Below, in pieces: positions 36,224-45,632 of a stretch of 64,000 bases of DNA. The notes below the pieces were generated by a model. The model did not search any database. It was given only the letters and a program-made list of their open reading frames with translations, and was not told the DNA's origin. Location of the stretch: contig JAPVTA010000151.1 of the NCBI GenBank assembly GCA_047519465.1, forward strand, positions 54,534 to 118,533. The letters run 5' to 3'. Made by a program: the position numbers and the translations under genes. The stretch's first letter is position 1. Each line of letters begins with the position of its first letter. This DNA is from Thermodesulfobacteriota bacterium. Lineage in GTDB: Bacteria; Desulfobacterota; BSN033; UBA1163.

Positions 36224-37093
36224 TTATAATGCTCTTAAATACTCAGGCCGTAACAATTCCGGATCCTTCCTTCGGAGGATTTCTCGAATTCGCTCAAGGG
36301 CTTCTTCTTTCTGTTCTGGCAATCGAATCCGGAGAGGGAGGTAATTGGAGGCGTGATTGGAGGCGAAAAAGCAATCCGTGAATTCGCAATCCGTAATCAT
36401 CCTTTCCAGTTCTTGGATCAGACCGAAAGGAGTAGGTAAGACCAATTCTCCCGTTTTGATTTCCTTCGCAATGGGTGTCCCGGGAACGATCATCAAAGAA
36501 AGTGCGCCAACGTAGTCCGGATCCATCTCCGAGAGGACTTTTCCGGTCTCTACAGCGTGCGTTTGACTGCCTTCAACCCCTCCGAGGCCCAAAATCACGG
36601 TCACTGAGAGAAGTATCCCTGATTCTTTTACCCTTTTCCCCGCACGAAGCAGCTGGTCCACAGTGGCATTCTTCTTAATTCGTTTCAATATTTCCGGGTC
36701 TCCAGACTCCAAGCCCTGATAGACTATTCCCAGACCCAGATCTTTTAGGGCCTTAAGCTCCTCCGCCTTTTTCCGAAGGATATCTTTTGCATTGGCGTAA
36801 ATCCCAACTCTTTCGAGCCCCTTTAATCTTGCTTTCAGATAAGACAGGATTTGAACCAGTCCGCTTTGAGGAATGCTCAACGCATCCCCATCTGCCAAGA
36901 ATACTCTTCGAATCTTATGCGAACTCACCTCATCGATATCCTCTCTGATCTCCTCGAAGCTCTTTATCCTGAAGCGCTTTCCTTGATAGGCCCCGCAAAA
37001 GGTACATCGGTTGTAAGAGCAACCCACCGTGACCTGGAGGATCAAACTGTCTGCTTCGCTGGGAGGCCGGAAGATCATCCCCTCATATTTCAT
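36224..37093 (-). CDS. Radical SAM protein with non-canonical cluster spacing (CX4CX2C)
   Basis: The protein begins MKYEGMIFRPPSEADSLILQVTVGCSYNRCTFCGAY. I verified the codons directly: tgc tct tac aac cga tgt acc ttt tgc. Confidence 0.75.
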   Translation of the reverse strand: MKYEGMIFRPPSEADSLILQVTVGCSYNRCTFCGAYQGKRFRIKSFEEIREDIDEVSSHKIRRVFLADGDALSIPQSGLVQILSYLKARLKGLERVGIYANAKDILRKKAEELKALKDLGLGIVYQGLESGDPEILKRIKKNATVDQLLRAGKRVKESGILLSVTVILGLGGVEGSQTHAVETGKVLSEMDPDYVGALSLMIVPGTPIAKEIKTGELVLPTPFGLIQELERMITDCEFTDCFFASNHASNYLPLRIRLPEQKEEALERIREILRRKDPELLRPEYLRAL

Positions 37094-37114
37094 TTTGCTC
37101 TCCTTAATAAAAAT

Positions 37115-37195
37115 AAAGGGGACAGGCTACTTTTTGTTCTCATCGGAACCATGCTTACGGCCCTCCCCACCAAAAACTTGCCTGTCCCCTTTTTT
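37115..37195. repeat. Long-loop inverted repeat, copy 1 (arms AAAGGGGACAGGCTACTTTTT / AAAAACTTGCCTGTCCCCTTT)
   Basis: The arms lie at 37115-37135 and 37172-37195. There are 13 perfect bp, a 3-nt mismatch and then 5 A-T pairs, with a loop of about 36 nt. The element contains the last ~24 codons and the stop of ftsB and ends 22 nt before the radical SAM start. Confidence 0.85.
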
Positions 37196-37468
37196 GTCTT
37201 CGAATTGATAAATGATCTCCCCTTCCTTGACCATTCCCAGTTCCTTCCGGGCGATCTCTTCAATATACCGTTTATCACTCTGTAGCCGTTTGACCTCTTC
37301 CTTCAATTTTTGATTCTCCTCCTCCAGCTTGACATTCTTCTCCTTGATCCGGGCCAGCTCCTTCTGGAGACCGAAGAGGTGAAGGATTCCGTTTTTTCCA
37401 AAGAAGGTGAGGGACCCAAGAACCAAGAGGGAAATAAGAATTAAAATAAGAATACGCTTTTTTCTCAT
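37127..37468 (-). CDS. ftsB: Septum formation initiator FtsB/DivIC family protein
   Basis: It has an N-terminal TM helix and a coiled coil, LQKELARIKEKNVKLEEENQKLKEEVKRLQSDKRYIEEIARKELGMVKEGEIIYQF. The C-terminal tail DKKGDRQVFGGEGRKHGSDENKK is encoded by the repeat element. Confidence 0.85.
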   Translation of the reverse strand: MRKKRILILILISLLVLGSLTFFGKNGILHLFGLQKELARIKEKNVKLEEENQKLKEEVKRLQSDKRYIEEIARKELGMVKEGEIIYQFEDKKGDRQVFGGEGRKHGSDENKK

Positions 37469-37479
37469 TCCAATACATC

Positions 37480-37566
37480 AAAAGGGGACAGGCTACTTTT
37501 TAATAGCTCAAGAGAGATTCGGAGCCCACTTTTCTGCAAGGAAAAAAGTAGCCTGTCCCCTTTTTT
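37480..37566. repeat. Long-loop inverted repeat, copy 2 (perfect 22-bp arms)
   Basis: The left arm aaaaggggacaggctacttttt lies at 37480-37501 and the right arm aaaaagtagcctgtcccctttt at 37543-37564 (inside the A/T-flanked block aaaaaagtagcctgtcccctttttt, 37542-37566), separated by about 41 nt. The left arm is identical over 21 nt to 37115-37135. The element fills the gap between the TonB-like stop and the ftsB start. Confidence 0.9.
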
Positions 37567-38391
37567 CTACTGGAGCTTAAATTTAATGGGGATGATCCCA
37601 GATTGTTCAACCTGAGGTTGATCTTTCGGGAGCGGAGCAAAGCGCCACTGTTTCAAGTACTGGATGGCAATCCTTTCCAGCTCTGCATCCCCTTTAACCA
37701 AGGGGACAACTCGATCCACTGCGCCAGTAGGCAATACCCAAAGTGTTACCTCGATCTCTGCCTCTACCTTTAGCTTAACCTGAGGAAGACTGGGTCTCTC
37801 CAATATCCTCCGGCTGACCAGAACTCCCTTTATCCCCAGCCGGAGGTTTTCCTCCAGCGGCTTTTCCTGAAGATTTCCTTCCCAGGACTTCAGAAGCCTT
37901 CCGATCACTTTCTCCGTTCCCTTATCCTTTCGGGAGGTGAAGTCGGTTGCGTCCTTGAGGGCCGGAGTAGGAGCTTCCGGAAGAAGAAGCTCCTCCCTCT
38001 TTTTCAAGTAGTCTTTTAGCTCTTGATCCATTTCCTTGAACTCTGACGAATTTTTCAGGACTCTCACCTTCTCTCCGCCGTTGGGAGATTCAAGCTTTCT
38101 TACTCGAGGATATTCTGGGGCAAGGGCCCTCCAATCCTCCCGGGCGCTGGTTTCTTCCATCTTCTTAAGAATGACTTCCTCCCGTATCCGTTTCTCCTCG
38201 GGAGGAATCAAGCCTTTCTCCCACCCCAAAATCCTCTTGCTTTCATGGGTGAGAGCTCTCCATCCATCCTTCAGGCGAACGGGGAGGTCTGGGACAAGGA
38301 AAAAAATACAGGCCAAGCACACGACGAAGATAAAAAGAACGGCGATAAGAAGAAAGGTAAGCCTCCGGTTTCTCGTTGATCGCACTCGCAT
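37567..38391 (-). CDS. TonB/TolA-like energy-transducer family protein (N-terminal anchor, charged linker, TonB_C-like domain)
   Basis: It has a TM helix at residues ~12-33, an E/K/P-rich middle region and the C-terminus ..VTLWVLPTGAVDRVVPLVKGDAELERIAIQYLKQWRFAP... Confidence 0.6.
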   Translation of the reverse strand: MRVRSTRNRRLTFLLIAVLFIFVVCLACIFFLVPDLPVRLKDGWRALTHESKRILGWEKGLIPPEEKRIREEVILKKMEETSAREDWRALAPEYPRVRKLESPNGGEKVRVLKNSSEFKEMDQELKDYLKKREELLLPEAPTPALKDATDFTSRKDKGTEKVIGRLLKSWEGNLQEKPLEENLRLGIKGVLVSRRILERPSLPQVKLKVEAEIEVTLWVLPTGAVDRVVPLVKGDAELERIAIQYLKQWRFAPLPKDQPQVEQSGIIPIKFKLQ

Positions 38392-41300
38392 CAGCGAATA
38401 CCCCCGCTATCCATCTGATTGAGCATTTTTCTGGCCATCTCTTTTCGATCTTGCCTCTTGCTCATATCCAACAGCTTTAGGTAAGCCTGTTTGGCCTCGG
38501 GGATTTTCTTCTGTTCCATATAGAGAGTCCCCAATTTCAGAAGGGCCTCTTCCATCAGGTCGGGCTGACCGGGATAGAGGTAAATGACCTTTGAAAATTG
38601 GACCAAAGCCGATTCCCTGTTTCCAGCTTCCAAATAGACTTCTCCCATTTTGAATTGAGCCTGGGAGGCCACAGGTTCTTCAGGGCTTCGAGCCGCTACC
38701 GAAAATGCAGCGACGGCCTCTCCGAATTTCTTCTGGCCGAGGTAGAGATTTCCTAACCTCAATTGTCCTTCAAACTGGATGTCATCCTGTGGAAAACTGC
38801 TCACCAGTTCTTTCAAAACCTTCTCGGCCTGATCCGACTTCTCCAAGCCCCGATATCCCTCCTCCATCCCCAAATAGGCTCTCTTGGCCAGTGGATGCTG
38901 CGGATGATTCTTAATTAACCATTCGTATTGTTCGATGGCTTTGGAGTAATCTTTAAGAAGGAGATAGAGTCCCCCCTGTTCGATATAGGCTTCAACGAAA
39001 AGATGCCCTTTTGGAGACCGACGAATCACTTTGTCCATCTCCTCAACGGCCTCAGCCCATCTCTTATCCTGTTTTAAGAGAAGGGCGATATCGAACTGGG
39101 CCTCCTCGGCCCACTCACTATTCGGGTAAAGGCTAACCAGTTCTCGATAGGTCTTCACCGCTTTCTCCTTCATCCCTTCTCGTTGGTAGTAACCCCCCAG
39201 CTGCATCAAGGCCTGACTGGAGAGGTCGTGTTGAGGGTATCGCTTTAGAAAAGCTTCAACTCGGGAAACAAAGGAGTCATACTTCTTTTCTTGAACAAGA
39301 CAGAGGAGGATTCCAAAATCGGACTCGGGTGCCTCTTTTGACTTGGGATAGGCCCTCACCACACGGGAATAGGAATTGGCGGCCTGAGCATACCCCTTTA
39401 GGTTATAGTGGCTGTCTCCTATTTTTAAAAGTGCGGAGGGCACATGCGGGCTTTCGGGGTACTTTTGGGCAAGACGTTGAAACTCCTCAACCGCCTTTTG
39501 GAACTCTTTCTTCCGGAAATAGGACCATCCGATCCAGTATTGGGATTCATCGTTAAAAGAGCTTGCGGGGTTCGATTTTAAGAGCGTTTGAAATTGGTGG
39601 ATCGCCTCGTCAAATCGCTCCTCTCGATAGGCTACCCATCCGAGGAGATAGTGCGCCTTCTCTTTGCTCTCGTTCTCTTCCGCAGCAGAGGTCAACCGTG
39701 TCAAATAGCTCTTTGCATTCTGATAGTCGTTCTGGTTTAAATAACATTCTCCTACCATCAGAAAGATAGGGGGCGTGGAACGATATTCAGGGAATTCCGT
39801 CAGGATCTTCAAAAAATACTGGTTCGCCTCCTTCCACTCTCGCCTTTGGTAATGGTACCATCCCAAATTGTTCAGCCCTTTCGGATATAAGGCCGGATCC
39901 CCCCGCAATCTATCTACATATCCGACCCCCTTTCGATAATCCTGTTTCGAAAGAGAGGCCTCGGCTAACCAATAAAGAATTTCGTTCTTCTCCGCTAAAT
40001 TAGGGAATTCGGCAAGGAGTTTTTCCCAGTATTGAATGGCCACTTCGTATTGTTTTAGATAAAAATGGGCGTAGCCCAACTTTGAGAAAACTTCCGGTTC
40101 AAGTCTTGCCCTTCCCCTTTCCTCCAAGGCTTGACGGTATGAGTCGATCGCGCCTGCATAATCCTTTCGATTAAACAGGCTCTCTCCCAGCATGAAATGG
40201 GCCAACTCGTTAAGTTCGCTTTCGGGGTAAGTCTTGACGAATTGACGAAACGTATTTGCGGCAGGGGAATATTCTTTCTTGCCGAAGTAATATTGCCCAA
40301 TATCAAACAGGCATTGCTCTAACCACGGAGAGGAGAGAAACTGGGAAAGAAACCTCTGATAGAGGAGCGTGGCTCCCTCTACTTCGTCGGCGCCCAAATA
40401 GGTCTTCACAATCCCCCAGAAGATCGGGTCTGAAAGTTTTGTTCCGGGGGAGGTGAGGAGAATATCCTCAAAGGTCTTTCTGCCTTCTGAGAATTGTCCC
40501 ATAGAGACCAAGCTCCAAGCCAAGGCATAACGGGAGCTCTCTTCCAAGGGATGTCCCGGATAACGCTTCAAGAAATCCTTGAATTGGTTTACCGCTTCCT
40601 TGAATCTTTTGAGACGAAAGGTGCTGGCACCGATCAAATACTCAGCCTCGGGTCGCAACTTCCCACCCGGATACTTCTGAAGAAGCGTCTCCACTTCCCG
40701 AAGAGCCTCTGAATATCGGCCAAGCTGATAGAGGGAGTAGCCGGACCAAAACAGAGAAGACTCAGCAATGGGAAGGGTAGGAGTTTTTTCGTGAACTTGA
40801 TGAAAAAACTGATGTCCCTCCACATAGACACCGTGTTTGAGTCGAATCCACCCACATGCATAGAGGGCATAGGCGTAGAACTTACTTTCAGGATATTTTT
40901 CAACTACCTTGTAGAAATGCGAAAACGCTTCGTCATCCTTTGCCTGGTGAAATCTTGCCTCTCCCATCCAATAGTAAGAAGGCCCGATCAACTCACTTTG
41001 AGGATATTGCCGGATGAGCTTCTGGAAAGAAGTGATGGCATCCTCGTATGCCCCTTTCATATAGCGGTACCTTCCCTGTTCATAAAGGGCTCGATCCCCT
41101 ACAAAGGGTTTTGCAAGGCCCGAGGTGAACCGACTCGAATAGGCACAGCCGGGCTGAGTGGTGGAAGGGCTCATCTTTGTCATCGGACCTATGGCGTCTT
41201 CTCTCAAATCCAGGGAATTTGTCCAGGGTTCTTCCTTTATCCCTTGCCCCATCATCACAGGAAGGCGAATCTCCCTCTTCTCAATCCACTTCGTTTCTTC

Positions 41301-41432
41301 CTTCCCGAAGAAAGTAATTTCAGAGGGTCCGTTATGATTCCGGTATTGTCCCCGGCTTTGGAGAACGGGAAAAGAAAAGGTGATCGAAATCAACAGACAA
41401 AGGCTTAAGATCTTAACCAATGAGTTAGACAT
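38391..41432 (-). CDS. Large secreted tetratricopeptide-repeat protein (many YbgF/CpoB-like TPR units)
   Basis: It has a signal peptide and a 1013-aa body with repeated ..Y..A...F..L...YP.S....A.Y.LG..Y.. units throughout. Confidence 0.8.
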   Translation of the reverse strand: MSNSLVKILSLCLLISITFSFPVLQSRGQYRNHNGPSEITFFGKEETKWIEKREIRLPVMMGQGIKEEPWTNSLDLREDAIGPMTKMSPSTTQPGCAYSSRFTSGLAKPFVGDRALYEQGRYRYMKGAYEDAITSFQKLIRQYPQSELIGPSYYWMGEARFHQAKDDEAFSHFYKVVEKYPESKFYAYALYACGWIRLKHGVYVEGHQFFHQVHEKTPTLPIAESSLFWSGYSLYQLGRYSEALREVETLLQKYPGGKLRPEAEYLIGASTFRLKRFKEAVNQFKDFLKRYPGHPLEESSRYALAWSLVSMGQFSEGRKTFEDILLTSPGTKLSDPIFWGIVKTYLGADEVEGATLLYQRFLSQFLSSPWLEQCLFDIGQYYFGKKEYSPAANTFRQFVKTYPESELNELAHFMLGESLFNRKDYAGAIDSYRQALEERGRARLEPEVFSKLGYAHFYLKQYEVAIQYWEKLLAEFPNLAEKNEILYWLAEASLSKQDYRKGVGYVDRLRGDPALYPKGLNNLGWYHYQRREWKEANQYFLKILTEFPEYRSTPPIFLMVGECYLNQNDYQNAKSYLTRLTSAAEENESKEKAHYLLGWVAYREERFDEAIHQFQTLLKSNPASSFNDESQYWIGWSYFRKKEFQKAVEEFQRLAQKYPESPHVPSALLKIGDSHYNLKGYAQAANSYSRVVRAYPKSKEAPESDFGILLCLVQEKKYDSFVSRVEAFLKRYPQHDLSSQALMQLGGYYQREGMKEKAVKTYRELVSLYPNSEWAEEAQFDIALLLKQDKRWAEAVEEMDKVIRRSPKGHLFVEAYIEQGGLYLLLKDYSKAIEQYEWLIKNHPQHPLAKRAYLGMEEGYRGLEKSDQAEKVLKELVSSFPQDDIQFEGQLRLGNLYLGQKKFGEAVAAFSVAARSPEEPVASQAQFKMGEVYLEAGNRESALVQFSKVIYLYPGQPDLMEEALLKLGTLYMEQKKIPEAKQAYLKLLDMSKRQDRKEMARKMLNQMDSGGIR

Positions 41433-41561
41433 ACTCTATCCTGCCTAAAAAGTATCAAATGTTTAAAAAAAAAGTCAAGGAGGGATAAAGTTTTTATTGG
41501 CTTTCGGAGCACTTACCGGCCAAGGATTGACAGAATTTCCATATTCGTGATAGCTTTGCTC

Positions 41562-42305
41562 ATGATGAGAAAGGCAACTTTCGTAACCCTGGCGTTTTTT
41601 ATTTTCTCCATAGCCTTCATACAATGCACCGACGGGGCGAGGGTCTCCGAATCAAGCCCGAAGGGGGATTTCAAAGTCATGCGTGCGAAGATGGTGGAAA
41701 CTCAAATCAAAGCCAGAGGAGTGAAAGACCCTCGCGTCCTTTCTGCGCTCCTCAAGGTCGAGCGACACCGATTCGTCCCCGAAGAATATTTGAACTCGGC
41801 TTACGCGGATCAACCTCTTCCCATTGGAGAGGGCCAAACCATCTCACAGCCTTACATCGTTGCCCTGATGACAGAGCTTTTAGAGCTAAAGGGGGATGAA
41901 AAGGTGTTAGAAATCGGGACGGGTTCGGGATATCAGGCTGCCATCTTAGCGGAATTGGCCAAAGAGGTTTATACCGTCGAGATCGTTGAATCCCTCGCCT
42001 CCACGGCAAAGAATCGACTCTTGGAATTGGGTTATCAGAATGTGAAGGTGAAATTCGGGGATGGATACTTAGGGTGGCCTGAGGCTGCGCCCTTTGATGC
42101 CATCATCGTCACGGCTGCACCCGACCACATCCCGCAACCCCTCCTCGAGCAGTTGAGGGAGGGCGGCCGGATGGTCCTGCCGGTGGGAAGATATGCGCAG
42201 GAATTGAAAAGAGTTCTAAAACGGTCAGGAAAGATTGAGATAACCGATATCACCCCTGTTGTCTTCGTCCCCATGACCGGCGAAGGTGTGAAACAGAAGA
42301 GATAG
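41562..42305 (+). CDS. pcm: Protein-L-isoaspartate O-methyltransferase with an N-terminal signal/anchor
   Basis: Motifs [39 protein letters not shown] and FDAIIVTAA are present. The ATG at 41562 is preferred; the ORF-track GTG is at 41547. Confidence 0.9.
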   Translation: MMRKATFVTLAFFIFSIAFIQCTDGARVSESSPKGDFKVMRAKMVETQIKARGVKDPRVLSALLKVERHRFVPEEYLNSAYADQPLPIGEGQTISQPYIVALMTELLELKGDEKVLEIGTGSGYQAAILAELAKEVYTVEIVESLASTAKNRLLELGYQNVKVKFGDGYLGWPEAAPFDAIIVTAAPDHIPQPLLEQLREGGRMVLPVGRYAQELKRVLKRSGKIEITDITPVVFVPMTGEGVKQKR

Positions 42306-42484
42306 CTGTCAAAATAATTATGTGGAATTCTTCCTGTAATCGAGGATTCCGAATTTCAGCCCCAAATACTATATTTCGAGTGGAAACAAATAATTTTTCC
42401 ATCCAATCCCTCCAACACCGCTTTCCGAAATTCACCGAACAAATTTGTGCATAATGGGATAATTTTCATAAGTCAATTTTTTGT

Positions 42485-42513
42485 TTGACAAATACAAAAA
42501 TTTTTGATATAGG
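42485..42513 (+). promoter_or_regulatory. Sigma-70-like promoter candidate (TTGACA-17 nt-TATAGG) in a 700-bp A/T-rich gap
   Basis: The sequence is ttgaca aatacaaaaatttttga tatagg. A weak hairpin plus T6 lies about 430 nt downstream (42918-42950). Confidence 0.3.
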
Positions 42514-43008
42514 AATAACCATTCTTTTTGCTTCAATTCGTAACCGTTTTGTGGAACAAAAGGTGAAGACGAAAAACGACCTTTTTAGAGTATTATCATT
42601 TTTTCTTTTATTTCCATCTTTATTTTTTGCCACACCAGAATATGTTCAAAGCGAAGACCTTGATCCTGACGAATCGTTAGATCGTTTTGCGATACCCCAA
42701 AATTCAGTGGCTTCTCCAACCATACGGAAAGATTGTTCATCAATTTGTAGTTTTTCTAACTCCTGTTGTTCTAAAACTGGTTTCATCCCATACCGCCAAT
42801 CATGGAACACCTATCCACGACCAGTCACCTCCGAACTGATTTTTTCAGTCACCCTACGTTGTTAGCCTTCTCTACTCTCCTTCTATAACTCTCAATCGAT
42901 AAAGCTAGACGCTTCGTGAGACGGGGACGGAAAGGGTCCGGCTTTTTTACTTAGATTAGACAACCGGGAATTTTGTAAGCATCAAAGCGAAAGAGAGGAG
43001 GAAAGGTG

Positions 43009-43587
43009 ATGAAAAGATTATTTTTGATTTTAGTATGTATCGTTTTTGTCATGACATCTGCAGCTTTACATGCTCAAGAGAAAAGATTCCCTCTCGGAAA
43101 AAACGGCAATTTTGCAGTGAAACTGGATTACATCCGCTTCACTGACGGCCATTTTAAGAAAACCGGTGCAGAGGATGATGGGTTATATATTGGACTTGAA
43201 GGGTATGCCAGAATTTACCAGAATTTATACCTCGGTGCAGAGGTCGGAGGGGCTACTAATATTACGATATTTGGAGAAGACGTAACTTTTTTTCCTATTG
43301 AGCTAAACGCAAAATACGCAATAGAGCCTGTCCGTAACCTTGCCGTAGATTTCGGTGCTGGGGGTTCTTACAGTTATGCTAGACTTGAGGATCATCCTCT
43401 TTTTGGGATCGCTAGGAAAAGAAGTGATTGGCTGTTTGGCGGACAATTTTTTGCAGACCTGACATACAAAATTCACTGGTTCTCCATCGGTGTCAACGCG
43501 AAGTACCAAATAACCCAAGATTTCAGAGACGAGGGTATTGACTTTGGCAACTGGAGAATCGGTGCACAGATAGGTGCGGTGTTCTAA
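43009..43587 (+). CDS. Small outer-membrane beta-barrel protein (OmpW/OmpA-barrel-like)
   Basis: RBS AGAGGAGGAAAGG precedes the start. A signal peptide ends ..ALHA-QE, alternating amphipathic strands follow, and the C-terminus is ..IGAQIGAVF with a terminal Phe. Confidence 0.75.
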   Translation: MKRLFLILVCIVFVMTSAALHAQEKRFPLGKNGNFAVKLDYIRFTDGHFKKTGAEDDGLYIGLEGYARIYQNLYLGAEVGGATNITIFGEDVTFFPIELNAKYAIEPVRNLAVDFGAGGSYSYARLEDHPLFGIARKRSDWLFGGQFFADLTYKIHWFSIGVNAKYQITQDFRDEGIDFGNWRIGAQIGAVF

Positions 43588-43699
43588 GTTGTTCGGTACC
43601 CATAGGCCTGATGATTTCTACCATAATCTTCGACTCATGAAGCATACTTCTGTCGCAGTTAGGTCGGTGAAAGATTCGGACGGATTTAAGGGTTCCTGG

Positions 43700-43889
43700 A
43701 TTCCTGCTGGAGTTTAGCCCGTACGTGATACGGGGCAGGAATGACATTTTTAGAGGTAGCCTTAAGGAATGATGTAATACCTATCAGAAAATGAGTTTCA
43801 GGGAAAGCTCCCAGCCCTAAAGGGCGCGGAGCTTTCCCGCAAGGTGGTTCTTTCACATTGTGCCCCTCCCTGCCTGCCGGTAGGCAGGG
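43700..43889. repeat. Cluster of three unrelated hairpin/REP-like elements at a convergent gene junction
   Basis: The first is ATTCCTGC..(CCCGTAcgtgaTACGGG)..GCAGGAAT at 43700-43742. The second is GGGAAAGCTCC-16 nt-GGAGCTTTCCC at 43801-43838. The third is CCCTGCCT-gccggt-AGGCAGGG at 43868-43889. Confidence 0.8.
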
Positions 43890-43938
43890 ACCCGGCCCTG
43901 GGGGACCGGCTTGCGGGGCACGGACCGGTCAAAGTGAA

Positions 43939-45285
43939 TTACTTTTTCTCGTCTTTTCTCCTCCTCCAATATTCGAGCCTTTTTTTAATCTCCTTCTCAA
44001 ACCCTTGTTCCGTGGGGTGATAATAAGTCCTTCCCTTCAGGTTCTCGGGAAGATATTCCTCTTCGACGAAGTGATCTGGATAGTCGTGAGGATACTTGTA
44101 GTCCTTTCCATAACCCAGATCTTCCATCAATTGGGTAGGTGCATTTCGAATGTGAAGCGGAACAGGCATATTCTCGACCTCTCGAATATCCCTCTGCACC
44201 CTCTGATAAGCGGTATAGATCGCATTCGACTTCGGAGCCGTGGCCAAATAAACGGCCGCCTGGGCCAACGCCAGATTTCCCTCCGGTAGACCCACAAAGT
44301 GAAAAGCCTGCTGAGCGGCGACTGTCACCTGCAATGCCTGAGGATCCGCCATCCCAACATCTTCCGAGGCAAACCGGATCATCCGGCGTGCAATGTAGAG
44401 TGGATCCTCACCCGCCTCCAACATCCTTCCAAGCCAGTAAAGGGCCGCGTCCGGGTCACTTCCTCTCAGGCTCTTATGCAATGCTGAAACGAGGTTATAA
44501 TGCTCTTCCCCAGATTTGTCGTAAAGATACGCTTTCCTTTGAAGAATCTCTTTTAAATCCTCTCTCTTGATCCGACGCATACCCTCCTCGCCGGGAGGTG
44601 TTGTCAAAACGAGCATCTCTAAAGTGTTCAAGGCCGCCCTCGCATCTCCATTCGCCAACTGGCAAATACCTTTGATAACCTCCGGCTCGATTGCAGTTCG
44701 GTATTTGCCCAACCCCCTTTCTCTATCTGCCAATGCCCGATTCAGGATCAATTCAATCTCTTCCTCCTTTAAGGATTGGAGGGTGAAGACTTTTGTACGG
44801 GACAGCAAAGGGGAAATCACTTCGAAGGATGGGTTTTCTGTGGTGGCCCCGATGAGGATGATGGTTCCTTTCTCCACGTGGGGCAGGAAAGCATCCTGCT
44901 GAGCTTTGTTGAATCGATGGATCTCATCCACGAAAAGAATCGTCCGTCTCTTACTATATTTCCATTCCTCTTCTGCCTCCTGGATGACCTCTTTGATCTC
45001 TTTGACCCCGGAAAGGACAGCGCTAAAGGCGAGGAATTGAGCGCCCGTGCTGGAGGCGATGATCATGGCCAAGGTGGTCTTGCCGGAGCCGGGAGGCCCC
45101 CATAAAATCATCGAGGGAAGATGATCGGATTCGATTGCCAGGCGGAGAACCTTTCCTTGCCCTAGGAGGAGATCCTGGCCAACAAATTCATCCAATGTCC
45201 GGGGCCTCATCCGATCGGCAAGGGGAGCCTCCCCCTTAAGAATTCCCATTTCTTTTTTCTTGAAAAGTTCTGTCTGCCTCTTCAT
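43939..45285 (-). CDS. rarA: Replication-associated recombination protein A (AAA+ ATPase RarA/MgsA)
   Basis: Motifs LAD.MRP..LDEFVGQ, LWGPPGSGKTTLA, FVDEIHRFNK.QQD and GDAR.ALN.LE are present, along with a MgsA C-terminal domain. Confidence 0.92.
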   Translation of the reverse strand: MKRQTELFKKKEMGILKGEAPLADRMRPRTLDEFVGQDLLLGQGKVLRLAIESDHLPSMILWGPPGSGKTTLAMIIASSTGAQFLAFSAVLSGVKEIKEVIQEAEEEWKYSKRRTILFVDEIHRFNKAQQDAFLPHVEKGTIILIGATTENPSFEVISPLLSRTKVFTLQSLKEEEIELILNRALADRERGLGKYRTAIEPEVIKGICQLANGDARAALNTLEMLVLTTPPGEEGMRRIKREDLKEILQRKAYLYDKSGEEHYNLVSALHKSLRGSDPDAALYWLGRMLEAGEDPLYIARRMIRFASEDVGMADPQALQVTVAAQQAFHFVGLPEGNLALAQAAVYLATAPKSNAIYTAYQRVQRDIREVENMPVPLHIRNAPTQLMEDLGYGKDYKYPHDYPDHFVEEEYLPENLKGRTYYHPTEQGFEKEIKKRLEYWRRRKDEKK

Positions 45286-45566
45286 CTACTTTTCCCCATC
45301 AAGGGCTTCGCTTTAAATCTTTGGGATATTGCGGACCCTCTTCCTTGTATAGCGCTATCCCCAATTCATTCCGGGAACACGCCTCTTCTAAAAAGCGAAG
45401 GAAGATGAGAAACTTCATGACTCTCCAAAATGCCATTCCATGATTTGCATTTTATCTCAAATTTCAAGAAATGTGAAAGGTTTCCTTCTACCCAAGGTTC
45501 GGTTTGGTCTCTTACCTTCAGCCCTGTGAAACTTTTAACGAGGACTCCCTTTTCGGTTTTTTTCTA

Positions 45567-45594
45567 TTGACAATGCCACGGAGGATGTTAAAAT
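45567..45594 (+). promoter_or_regulatory. Sigma-70-like promoter candidate for the IclR gene (TTGACA-16 nt-TAAAAT)
   Basis: The sequence is ttgaca atgccacggaggatgt taaaat, located 39 nt upstream of ATG 45633. Confidence 0.4.
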
Positions 45595-45632
45595 AACATA
45601 CAGTGAAATAGCAGTCCATTTAGTGACACGCA

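Noticed and set aside
36103-36381. The 92-aa plus-strand ORF (..RSPLTLPLSPLGRGRGEG..) and the similar ORFs 27264-27491 and 27316-27564.
   Set aside because: They are artefacts of translating GC-rich palindromic repeat elements and the antisense of flanking genes.
38391-41432. Calling the 1013-aa TPR protein the exosortase-system lipoprotein PrsT, and hence calling the glycan locus a PEP-CTERM/exosortase EPS locus.
   Set aside because: Size and TPR content are compatible with that call. However, no exosortase, PEP-CTERM substrate, EpsI-type amidotransferase or PrsK/R genes are in the window, and the repeats look YbgF-like. The evidence by eye is insufficient.
42485-42865. The Cys/Ser-rich small ORF as a lanthipeptide or RiPP precursor.
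   Set aside because: There is no adjacent modification, transport or immunity gene and no credible ribosome-binding site, and the track start lies inside a -35 box. It is kept only as part of the unexplained-gap finding.
45300-45418. A 38-codon minus-strand ORF (MKFLIFLRFLEEACSRNELGIALYKEEGPQYPKDLKRSP) just upstream of rarA as a leader peptide or small protein.
   Set aside because: It has no ribosome-binding site and no recognisable features, and it lies in a divergent promoter region where short chance ORFs are expected.
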